From NCBI GenBank assembly GCA_965215015.1, contig OZ244042.1:1408001-1472000 (forward strand): 64,000 nt of DNA. The letters run 5' to 3'. Position 1 is the first letter of the stretch; every line of letters begins with the position of its first letter. A model generated the notes under the pieces. That model searched no databases. It was not told the DNA's origin and saw nothing but the letters and a program-made list of their open reading frames with translations. This document shows positions 9,512-17,752 of the stretch, piece after piece. A program made the translations under genes and the position numbers. This stretch comes from Candidatus Poribacteria bacterium. Its GTDB lineage: Bacteria; Poribacteria; WGA-4E; PCPOR2b.

Positions 9512-10762
9512 GTGCTTTTCAACAAAACTCGTGCACAGGAGTATATGCGCTGTTACGGTGTGGAGGTCTTGGTGGCGACCTCACCTGTCAACATTACCTA
9601 TTTTTCGGATTATCGGTGCTGGATCGATCCGCTGTTCAAAGCGTATATGATGGTGCCGGGTGCACCAAGCGATCCCGATCTGACCGCCGCTTATGCAATC
9701 TTCCCACTAGAAAGCGAACCTGCACTTGTGGTAAGTCCGACATTTGCAGTAAACGCGTCCGACCTGTGGGTGCGAGACGTGCATATCTTCGGAGATCATG
9801 GGTTAGACGATACCTTACCACTACCGGCGTTATCCGACGTGGAACAACGCATTTTCGATATACTCCACAGATCGCAGCAAAACAACACACCGACCGATGC
9901 GCTCTTGAGCCTTCTCAAGGGACGAGGGTTGACCGAGGCTCGAGTCGGAATTGAGATGGAAGGGTTATCACCAAGGGCAAAAAATGCAATCGAGGCAGGG
10001 CTGCCAAAAGCGCAGATCAAGGATTGCTCAAATCTTATTCGTCTCATTCGGATGGTCAAGACCGAAGATGAGTTGTCACGGTTGACCCGTTCTGCGGAAA
10101 TCAGCGAGGCAGCGGCGATGAAAGCACTCGCGCTCGCTCAACCGGGGCAGCCAATCACCGACGTAGTTCAGCACTATCGGCAGCAGATTGCCAAGGCGGG
10201 TGCAGATTTCGATCACTTTGCGTTCGGGGTGCGTGGCTTGGGGCTTGCCACAGAGCCAAACTATATCCTGACTGATGACGACATACTCTATGTAGACTTT
10301 GGCTGCATTTACGAAGGGTGTTTCTCTGACAGTGGTACGACATTGGCAATGCGTGAACCGTCGGCAGTGTTAATTGACAGGCATAGAGCGTTGCGGGAAT
10401 GTGTTGAGGCAGGGGTGGAGGAGATGACACCGGGGGCAAAAGCATCTGCCGCTCAAGCTGCTATGTGGGAAATGCTCAACGCACACGGCATTACAGCCTC
10501 GTCTCCGCATGGACACGGACTAGGCTTGGAAGTCCGTGATTACCCGATTATCGTTGCAGACAATGGGCAGCGGATTCATGATGATTGTGTGGATATTCCT
10601 TCCGATCTGCCGCTTGAGGTGGACATGGTTCTCAATCTGGAAGCGATGATTTCGATGCCGGGTGTTGGATCGCTACACATTGAGAAATCGTTCCTCGTAA
10701 CCCCTGACGGTAGTCGCCCGCTGATTCCACAGGATCGGACGCGACCGGTGCAACCGGACTAA
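9512..10762 (+). CDS. Xaa-Pro peptidase / creatinase family protein (M24)
   Basis: Creatinase-type N-domain; RMVKT..E linker; metal ligands DFG..SD, HGHGLG, NLE and HIE. RBS AAGGAG with GTG start. Confidence 0.85.
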   Translation: MLFNKTRAQEYMRCYGVEVLVATSPVNITYFSDYRCWIDPLFKAYMMVPGAPSDPDLTAAYAIFPLESEPALVVSPTFAVNASDLWVRDVHIFGDHGLDDTLPLPALSDVEQRIFDILHRSQQNNTPTDALLSLLKGRGLTEARVGIEMEGLSPRAKNAIEAGLPKAQIKDCSNLIRLIRMVKTEDELSRLTRSAEISEAAAMKALALAQPGQPITDVVQHYRQQIAKAGADFDHFAFGVRGLGLATEPNYILTDDDILYVDFGCIYEGCFSDSGTTLAMREPSAVLIDRHRALRECVEAGVEEMTPGAKASAAQAAMWEMLNAHGITASSPHGHGLGLEVRDYPIIVADNGQRIHDDCVDIPSDLPLEVDMVLNLEAMISMPGVGSLHIEKSFLVTPDGSRPLIPQDRTRPVQPD

Positions 10763-10767
10763 GCAAG

Positions 10768-10793
10768 TAGGGGCGAGATAACCCCGCCCCTAC
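10768..10793. repeat. GTAG-type REP-like palindrome
   Basis: GTAGGGGCGAGATAACCCCGCCCCTAC-like hairpin between convergent genes. Confidence 0.6.
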
Positions 10794-10832
10794 GGTTTCT
10801 GTTACACGATTTCTTAACATGGACGAATCAGT

Positions 10833-11720
10833 TTAGACACGGACAAACTTCTGTAATCGCTGTCCACGCCCCGCCTCACCGATTTCAGCAACATAGATGC
10901 TTCCTTCGTCATCAACGCAAAGTCCGTGTGGCGACTGGACAATACCGTTGTTTGTCGCCCCGGAGAACCGACTCAGTCGCTCTCCCTCCGGGGTCCAAAC
11001 GCTGACATGCCCGCCTGTTCCCTGCTCGACCACATAAATCATGTTGTCATCAGTGACCCACACATCGCCGGGGGCCGACACATCCGTCCACGTTTCGATG
11101 TGTTTCCCATCCGGATCGAAGATCTGGATCCGATTGTTCTCGCGGTCGCAGACGATGACGCGCCCCGTTTTATCACAGCCAATGTTATGGACCACTGCGA
11201 ATTCGCCTGGACCGCTGCCCGCTTCACCCCAAGCCAGAAGATGCTCTCCCTCTTTGGAATACTTGTGAACGAGACGGTTGCCGTATCCGTCCGAGACGTA
11301 GATTTCCCCTTCTGGACCGAGTGCCACGCCGGTAGGCATATTATACTCGCGTTTGTGGTATGTCACGCCAGCGACGCCGCGTGTTCCCCACTCGCGCTCC
11401 AAATCACCGAGCAGCGTGTAGCGGCGTACGATATGCTGCCACGCATCGGTCAGATAAACTTCATCGTCGGGGCCGATGAAGATTCCGTGTGATTGGCTAA
11501 TCAAGTGTGGGGAGACACCAAAATCCCCATACCCCCACGAGGTCACGAAGTTTCCCTCTTTGTCAAAAACAATAACCGGATGTATACCGCGGGTAAAGGC
11601 GAAGATTCGTCCCTTGGAGTCAATTGCTGCATCCGACACCATAGAGAAAACCCAACCCTCTGGCAGCTTTGGCCACCCATCAACTAACTCATATTTATAA
11701 TCGCCCTCTCCTAATGCCAT
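10833..11720 (-). CDS. NHL-repeat beta-propeller protein (peptidylglycine alpha-amidating lyase-like)
   Basis: Repeated NHL motifs (PTGVALGPEGEIYVSDGYGN, GPGEFAVVHNI..DRENNRIQIFD, PHGLCVD); RBS GGAGG. Confidence 0.85.
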   Translation of the reverse strand: MALGEGDYKYELVDGWPKLPEGWVFSMVSDAAIDSKGRIFAFTRGIHPVIVFDKEGNFVTSWGYGDFGVSPHLISQSHGIFIGPDDEVYLTDAWQHIVRRYTLLGDLEREWGTRGVAGVTYHKREYNMPTGVALGPEGEIYVSDGYGNRLVHKYSKEGEHLLAWGEAGSGPGEFAVVHNIGCDKTGRVIVCDRENNRIQIFDPDGKHIETWTDVSAPGDVWVTDDNMIYVVEQGTGGHVSVWTPEGERLSRFSGATNNGIVQSPHGLCVDDEGSIYVAEIGEAGRGQRLQKFVRV

Positions 11721-11760
11721 GTTATACCTCCAAAATTGAAGTTTGAAATGATACGTTCTT

Positions 11761-11923
11761 TAGGACTTACGCAGTTGAATGCTCAAAGCCTTGTCGTTCG
11801 GCGATTTATCGCCGCTCGACACCGTTGCCAACGCCCGATGAATCGGGCAACTCCAGGGGAGACTCCATAAGGAATCCGTAGGGCACACCGACCGATATTC
11901 CCGACTGAAATGCGTAACTCCTA
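11761..11923. mobile_element. MITE-like element, family B, copy 2 (163 bp)
   Basis: TAGGACTTACGCAGTTGAATGCTCAAAG ... TGCGTAACTCCTA; the first 28 nt are identical to the copy at 52471. Confidence 0.7.
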
Positions 11924-12071
11924 GTTCTTATTTTGACCCAAGTGAAACGTCATGCGTAAACGATCAGAGTCGCGATTCGGAGGGTACACCTCCTACCGTC
12001 AGTTTTATGTAGGAGAGAATTCCGATTCTCGACGCCTGTTGCGTCGGTTTCTAACACTTGGTTCATCAACA

Positions 12072-12317
12072 TAGGCTCTGTTGACATTTGACAAATTGAG
12101 CTCATCTCTGCTTCGAGAATCTTCAATGGGCGGGCACCCCTACGTTGGGTAGATTCTTGTAGGGGAACCCCAAGGGGTGCCCTACTGTAGATCGATTTTC
12201 CAAAATCGAAAATACCGAGAACATTGCGCTAGGGTCCGGGTGTTTTATCGAGATATGAATCTCGACCGACTTACAGCATTTGTGGAATTAGCGGCAGCAA
12301 AATGTCAACACGCCCTA
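12072..12317. mobile_element. MITE-like element, family A, copy 2 (inverted relative to copy 1)
   Basis: TAGGCTCTGTTGACATTTGACAAA ... AAATGTCAACACGCCCTA; shares the internal TCGAGAT..ATCTCGA module with copy 1. Confidence 0.7.
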
Positions 12318-12597
12318 GCAACTTGCACTATTTTAGCATGTTTATCAGTTTGGATCAACAACAAAGCAAAACTTGTAAGACTTACAATGTTTATGGTTGG
12401 TTGAGCCAGGACTCTAGCGCAATAGTCATGATATCCTTGGTGACACATCACCGGACAATACGACTCGCGACGCCCGATGAATCGGGCAACTCCAGTTCAG
12501 CAGACAGGAGTTGGCACGCTCCACGTGCCCTCCCCCTACTAAATACCCGGTGGGTTGTCCGTCAGTTCCTGGCTCATTGAGCCTAGAACTGTCTGAT

Positions 12598-12648
12598 ACC
12601 GTGTGGGTATTCGGGACTGAGGGGGGTAATCCCGAATACCCACACGGT
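12598..12648. repeat. Perfect 19-bp inverted repeat
   Basis: ACCGTGTGGGTATTCGGGA-13nt-TCCCGAATACCCACACGGT. Confidence 0.8.
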
Positions 12649-12741
12649 TCTCTTCCCCCTACTTGCGGGGATAGAGTTACCCCCTGATAAATTGGGAGAC
12701 AAGCCCCTGTAGCTTCGGTTGCACTAATTCCTTACATGAGC

Positions 12742-12800
12742 AAAAAAAAGGTTCGCATGGGAAAGGAATAAAACAATTTCATTCCTCTCCTATGTGAACC
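12742..12800 (-). terminator. Probable intrinsic terminator downstream of rpoZ
   Basis: On the minus strand, hairpin GGTTCACATAGGAGAGGAAT..ATTCCTTTCCCATGCGAACC is followed by a run of about 8 T. Confidence 0.55.
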
Positions 12801-12933
12801 CATAAAACCAACATAGTAGCGACTATTTTTTTTGAAGAGAGTCTTTCGAGTGACGCAGCGATAGCGATCTCGAACTTCAAAGGATGGAAATTTTTTCACC
12901 ACACATTCTATCAAATCATACAGGGCAATTAAT

Positions 12934-13299
12934 TTACAGCCCTTCTTCCGTCTCCTCCGGATCTGTCACATCGTCCTCTTCATGGTATTCTTCGGTTGGC
13001 TGAAGCTCTTTCAACCCCACTGCCTCCTCGTCCTCCTCGCTATCTATGGAAGGGACGCTATCTATGGAAGGGAATGGTGAATCTTCTGAGGGCTCATCCG
13101 GTTGATCTAACTCCTCGAATTCGATTCGCCCCGATCTGAGCTCATCAATTGCAATTGTTACAGGCTTTTCAGCATTAGCAACCAACATAGGCAAGCTACT
13201 TTCAGCATTGATTTCGCGTGCCCGTTTCGCTGCGATATTCACAGACAAATACTTGTTACCGCCATTCTCCAAGATTTCCTCAAGATAGATTAGTGGCAT
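12934..13299 (-). CDS. rpoZ: RNA polymerase omega subunit with long acidic C-terminal tail
   Basis: NKYLSVNIAAKRAREI and KPVTIAIDELRSGRI omega motifs; ATG at 13299 with GAGG RBS. Confidence 0.88.
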   Translation of the reverse strand: MPLIYLEEILENGGNKYLSVNIAAKRAREINAESSLPMLVANAEKPVTIAIDELRSGRIEFEELDQPDEPSEDSPFPSIDSVPSIDSEEDEEAVGLKELQPTEEYHEEDDVTDPEETEEGL

Positions 13300-13524
13300 T
13301 CTGAGTGACCTCGCTATTGATGGGTAATTTGGGTAAATCCAATTTGAGAGGTATATCTTATCAGCGATTACCCGAATTGTCAAGATAATTTCTACCAGTC
13401 CAATCAACCAGACATATCAAATCAGATCCTGATTCCGTTTGTCTATCGTCAAATGGGTAAACCAATCTTATGGTGTTTCGTCCAACTATCGGAAAGAAAA
13501 TTAGGCTGAATAGGAGGGATACCA

Positions 13525-14829
13525 TTGAGAATTGGTGAAGGATTTTTAGTTGGGTTAGCAGCGATTCACACGAATAAGATGCGATCGCTCTTGACGATGC
13601 TTGGGATTGTCATCGGTATCGCTTCTGTGCTAGCGATGATTGCCATCGGTGATGGAGCAAAGATAATCGTGCTTCAGGATGCCCAAAAAATTGGTGGTGC
13701 TAATCAAGTTACGCTGTATCGAAGCGGCCATATCCGCAAAGGCAATCGCTGGGTGCGGAATCGCAGCAACGAATACTTTGAGTATGGAGATGTGCTTGCT
13801 ATTGAAGCCGAATGTCCTTCTGTCGAAGGGGTCATCCCTCGCATTCCGCAGTGGCGGGGGGTACTTGTACAAGCAGAGGGTGGGGCAGAAAAGCGGACAG
13901 GGTATGAAGGAATTACGTCTTTCTACCGAATCGGGATGAACTGGGAGCCTGCAACGGGGCGTTTTATTACAGAAGAGGATGTTGCAGATCGGTCTAAAGT
14001 CTGTGTCCTCGGATCGGAGGTAGCGAGCGAACTCTTTCAGGGTCAAGATCCAATTGGTAAAACAATCAAAATCGCACGCGGTAGTGGCAATAGATTCCGT
14101 CGCTGGCAGCAGCGCAGCCAAGACAGAAGTATGGAGCGGTTTACCATTGTCGGCGTGATGGAGCCACGCGGGAGGAGTCTCCGTTTTGGATGGAATTTGG
14201 ATGACCGGGTGTTGCTTCCCCTGACAACTGTTCAGGAACGGTTTACCGGTAATGACCGGGTCACAATGATTTCCGTCCAAGCAAAAAATATGGAATTGGT
14301 TGACCAAGTCAAGGAAGAGGTTACGGCAGTGATTCGGCAACGGCACCGCAATCAGGACAATTTCTTTAATGTCTGGGAGATGAAAGAGGGCATGGAACAA
14401 CTGTTCAAAATTAGCCAGATTATCAAAATTGTGCTTGGTGTTATCGCTGGATTTTCATTGCTTGTTGGTGGCATCGGCATTATGAACATGATGTTGGTCT
14501 CTGTAACCGAACGGACCCGCGAGATTGGCTTGCGAAAAGCAATCGGTGCTAAAAGTCGGGACATCCTCTTGCAATTCTTGGTTGAAGCGATTGCGATGTG
14601 CAGTGTCGGGGGCATTATAGGTATTGGATTGGGTGTTGCTGCCGGACATGGGATGGCGAATGTTGCGGTGAACATTGTTAAAATTGTCCCGGAGTGGCCC
14701 GCTGTCATCTCTACGGAATGGATGGTTATTTCGGTTGCCTTTTCAGCACTTATTGGTATTGTCTTCGGCGTCTATCCCGCGGTCAAAGCCGCACAACTTT
14801 CGCCCATCGAAGCGTTGCGGACGGAATAA
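13525..14829 (+). CDS. MacB/FtsX-family ABC transporter permease 1
   Basis: NKMRSLLTMLGIVIG, MacB periplasmic core, GGIGIMNMMLVSVTERTREIGLRKAIGA and PIEALRTE; TTG start with AGGAGG RBS. Confidence 0.92.
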   Translation: MRIGEGFLVGLAAIHTNKMRSLLTMLGIVIGIASVLAMIAIGDGAKIIVLQDAQKIGGANQVTLYRSGHIRKGNRWVRNRSNEYFEYGDVLAIEAECPSVEGVIPRIPQWRGVLVQAEGGAEKRTGYEGITSFYRIGMNWEPATGRFITEEDVADRSKVCVLGSEVASELFQGQDPIGKTIKIARGSGNRFRRWQQRSQDRSMERFTIVGVMEPRGRSLRFGWNLDDRVLLPLTTVQERFTGNDRVTMISVQAKNMELVDQVKEEVTAVIRQRHRNQDNFFNVWEMKEGMEQLFKISQIIKIVLGVIAGFSLLVGGIGIMNMMLVSVTERTREIGLRKAIGAKSRDILLQFLVEAIAMCSVGGIIGIGLGVAAGHGMANVAVNIVKIVPEWPAVISTEWMVISVAFSALIGIVFGVYPAVKAAQLSPIEALRTE

Positions 14830-14958
14830 GGACGAGAAAGGAAATTTGGAACTGAGTGAAGAACTCTTAAACGTGTGGATTTAATCGGGGACAAAAGTCC
14901 ACCCATTCTCCTTTACAGAACTGTCGAGAATGGAATGAACACGAAAAGAGGGATTATC
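14830..14958 (+). repeat. Duplicated 129-bp spacer, copy 1
   Basis: Similar to 16273-16401; both share the identical core AAAGGAAATTTGGAACTGAGTGAAGAACTCTTAAACGTGTGGATTTAAT. Confidence 0.85.
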
Positions 14959-16272
14959 TTGAAACTCAGTGAAGGATTTTTAGTCGGATTCACAGCCATC
15001 CGCACGAATAAAATGCGGTCCCTTTTGACGATGCTTGGAATTGTCATCGGTGTGGCCTCAGTGCTTGCGATGATTGCCATCGGTGATGGTGCGAAACTGA
15101 TGGTGCTTGAAGACCTTGAGAAGCTGGGCGGTGCAAACCACTTTCGTCTGTATCGAAATGATTGGATTGAAAAAGATGGACGTTGGTTCCGTAACCGTAG
15201 CGGCGAATATTTTAAATATGAAGATGTGCTAGCAATTGAAGCGGAATGTCCTTCCGTTGATGGAGCTTGGCCACGCATCAACTACTATAACATTCTCGTG
15301 TTAGCCGAGGACGGTTCGGAAACACGAACGGGGGTGATAGGCGTTACTCCCTACTATGAAATCGGAATGAATTGGGGTGTCGGACAGGGACGTTTTATCT
15401 CAGAGGAAGATATCGTCAATAGAACCAAAGTCTGTGTGCTCGGGAGCAATGAAGCCATCAACTTGTTCGGTGATCAGCAACCGGTTGGTGACGCGATTGG
15501 CAGGGAGGTTAAAATTGTCCTCGATTCTAGTGGCGAGTTTGGAGGATGGAGACGGAATAGAGTTGTCGAACGATTCACAATTGTAGGCGTGATGACGCAA
15601 CGCGGACAGACCCTCGCTTTTGGGGGCGGTTCATGGAGTCTTGATAATCGTTTGCTAATACCCCTGACAACGATGCAGGAACGATTTGTGGGAACAGATC
15701 ACATACGGACAATGTCGGTTCAGGCAAAAACTGTTGACTTGGTTGAAAAAGCCATGGAGGAAGTCAAAACAGTGATACGCCGACGGCACCGGAACCGAGA
15801 CGATTTCTTTGAAATCTGGGAGATGCACCGAAGTATGGAGGAATTGGATAAGGCAAGCTCGATTATTAAAATCATGCTCGGTAGCATCGCCGGATTTTCG
15901 TTGCTTGTCGGTGGGATTGGCATCATGAATATGATGTTAGTCTCTGTAACCGAGCGCACCCGAGAAATTGGCTTGCGAAAAGCAGTTGGCGCGAAAGGTA
16001 GGGATATTTTGTTACAGTTCCTAGTCGAAGCAGTTTTTATGTGTGGTGTCGGTGGATTGCTCGGCGTCGGATTAGGTATCTTTGCCGGACAGGGTATGGC
16101 GAATATCGCTGTAAAGGTTGTTAAAATTGTCCCAGAATGGCCCGCCGTGCTATCTACACAATGGATGGTTATTTCGGTTGCCTTTTCAGCACTTATTGGT
16201 ATTGTCTTCGGTGTCTATCCCGCGGTCAAAGCCGCACAACTTTCGCCCATTGAAGCATTGCGGACCGAATAG
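14959..16272 (+). CDS. MacB/FtsX-family ABC transporter permease 2
   Basis: Same motifs as permease 1; TTG at 14959 (MKLSEGF) aligns with the paralogue starts. Confidence 0.92.
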   Translation: MKLSEGFLVGFTAIRTNKMRSLLTMLGIVIGVASVLAMIAIGDGAKLMVLEDLEKLGGANHFRLYRNDWIEKDGRWFRNRSGEYFKYEDVLAIEAECPSVDGAWPRINYYNILVLAEDGSETRTGVIGVTPYYEIGMNWGVGQGRFISEEDIVNRTKVCVLGSNEAINLFGDQQPVGDAIGREVKIVLDSSGEFGGWRRNRVVERFTIVGVMTQRGQTLAFGGGSWSLDNRLLIPLTTMQERFVGTDHIRTMSVQAKTVDLVEKAMEEVKTVIRRRHRNRDDFFEIWEMHRSMEELDKASSIIKIMLGSIAGFSLLVGGIGIMNMMLVSVTERTREIGLRKAVGAKGRDILLQFLVEAVFMCGVGGLLGVGLGIFAGQGMANIAVKVVKIVPEWPAVLSTQWMVISVAFSALIGIVFGVYPAVKAAQLSPIEALRTE

Positions 16273-16401
16273 AGACGACAAAAGGAAATTTGGAACTGAG
16301 TGAAGAACTCTTAAACGTGTGGATTTAATTGGAAATAGAAATCCGCCATCCTCACTTATAGAAGCGTTGAGAATGGCATTAACACGAAAGGAGAGAGGAC
16401 A
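16273..16401 (+). repeat. Duplicated 129-bp spacer, copy 2
   Basis: Homologous to 14830-14958. Confidence 0.85.
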
Positions 16402-17697
16402 TTGAAACTCAGTGAAGGATTTTCAGTCGGGTTCAGAGCAATTGGCATAAACAAGATGCGGTCCCTCTTGACAATGTTAGGAATCATCGTTGGTGTCTCG
16501 TCCGTACTTGCGATGATTGCTATCGGCGATGGAGCAAAGACTATTGTACTCCAAGATGCGGATAAGCTGGGGGGTGCCAGTCAATTTAGTATGTGGCGCG
16601 GTGGTTGGATTAAAAAAAATGGTCAGTGGGTCCGCAATCGTAGCAGCGAGTTTCTAAAGTACGATGATGTCATCGCAATTGAAGCGGAATGTCCTTCCGT
16701 TCAATTGGTAATACCGCGTATTCCGCGCTGGAGTGGAGTGCTCGTTCAAGCCGCGGACGGTGCTGAAAGTCGCACCGGGTATAACGGCGTTGATCCGCAC
16801 TTTCCAATCGGGATGGATTGGGGGGTGGAGCGGGGACGTTTCTTTACAGAAACTGAATTCAACGATCGGCAAAAAGTCTGTGTTATTGGATCCGAACTGG
16901 CGATTGAACTGTTTGGCGATGAGGAGCCCATCGGCAAAGAGATTAAGGTCGCACGTAGTGCTGATTGGGAAATCAAGTGGGAAGAGCGAGAAAGAGTGAT
17001 GGTACGATTCACGGTTGTAGGCGTGATGAAGACGCGCGGAAGAAGTCTTCGTTTTGGCTGGAACCTTGATAACATTCTGTTTGTACCGTTGACAACTGCA
17101 CAAGAGAGATTTACGGGAAATGATCACGTCACGATGCTGACTGTCAAGGCAAAACATATAGATTTGATTGGCAAAGCTCAAGAAGAGGTCAAAGCGGTCA
17201 TGAGAAGACAGCATCGCAACCAAGACGATTTTTTCCACATATGGGTTTTGAATGAGAGCATGGAGCAACTGCATAAAATTAGCTGGGTTATCAAAATTAC
17301 GCTGGGTAGTATTGCGGGATTCTCGTTACTTGTCGGCGGGATCGGTATCATGAATATGATGTTGGTTTCCGTTACAGAACGTACACGAGAAATCGGATTA
17401 CGGAAAGCGATTGGTGCCAAACGGCGGGACATTCTCTTTCAGTTCCTAGTCGAAGCCGTGGTGATGTGTAGTGTCGGTGGATTGCTTGGAATTGGATTGG
17501 GTATTGGTGCCGGTTATGGCATGGCGAATATTGCAGTAAAAATTGTTAAGGTCGTCCCGGAGTGGCCCGCTGTCATTTCCACGCAATGGATAATTATCTC
17601 TGTTGCCTTTTCAGCACTTATTGGTATCATCTTCGGCGTCTATCCCGCAGTTAAGGCTGCCCGACTTTCACCTATTGAAGCATTGCGGACAGAATAG
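16402..17697 (+). CDS. MacB/FtsX-family ABC transporter permease 3
   Basis: Same motifs as permeases 1 and 2; TTG start with RBS GAGAGGA. Confidence 0.92.
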   Translation: MKLSEGFSVGFRAIGINKMRSLLTMLGIIVGVSSVLAMIAIGDGAKTIVLQDADKLGGASQFSMWRGGWIKKNGQWVRNRSSEFLKYDDVIAIEAECPSVQLVIPRIPRWSGVLVQAADGAESRTGYNGVDPHFPIGMDWGVERGRFFTETEFNDRQKVCVIGSELAIELFGDEEPIGKEIKVARSADWEIKWEERERVMVRFTVVGVMKTRGRSLRFGWNLDNILFVPLTTAQERFTGNDHVTMLTVKAKHIDLIGKAQEEVKAVMRRQHRNQDDFFHIWVLNESMEQLHKISWVIKITLGSIAGFSLLVGGIGIMNMMLVSVTERTREIGLRKAIGAKRRDILFQFLVEAVVMCSVGGLLGIGLGIGAGYGMANIAVKIVKVVPEWPAVISTQWIIISVAFSALIGIIFGVYPAVKAARLSPIEALRTE

Positions 17698-17752
17698 AAG
17701 CATTAGTAAATCGGCATTACCATCGAGCAAATTGACCAAAGGAGAACATCAC

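Noticed and set aside
12177-12914. Short ORFs 12177-12404, 12302-12580 and 12732-12914
   Set aside because: They run through MITE and hairpin DNA, lack an RBS and show no protein motifs.
11721-12933. Possible CRISPR array among the many repeats
   Set aside because: No constant-length direct repeats with regular unique spacers; the repeats are palindromic, heterogeneous and dispersed, and there are no cas genes.
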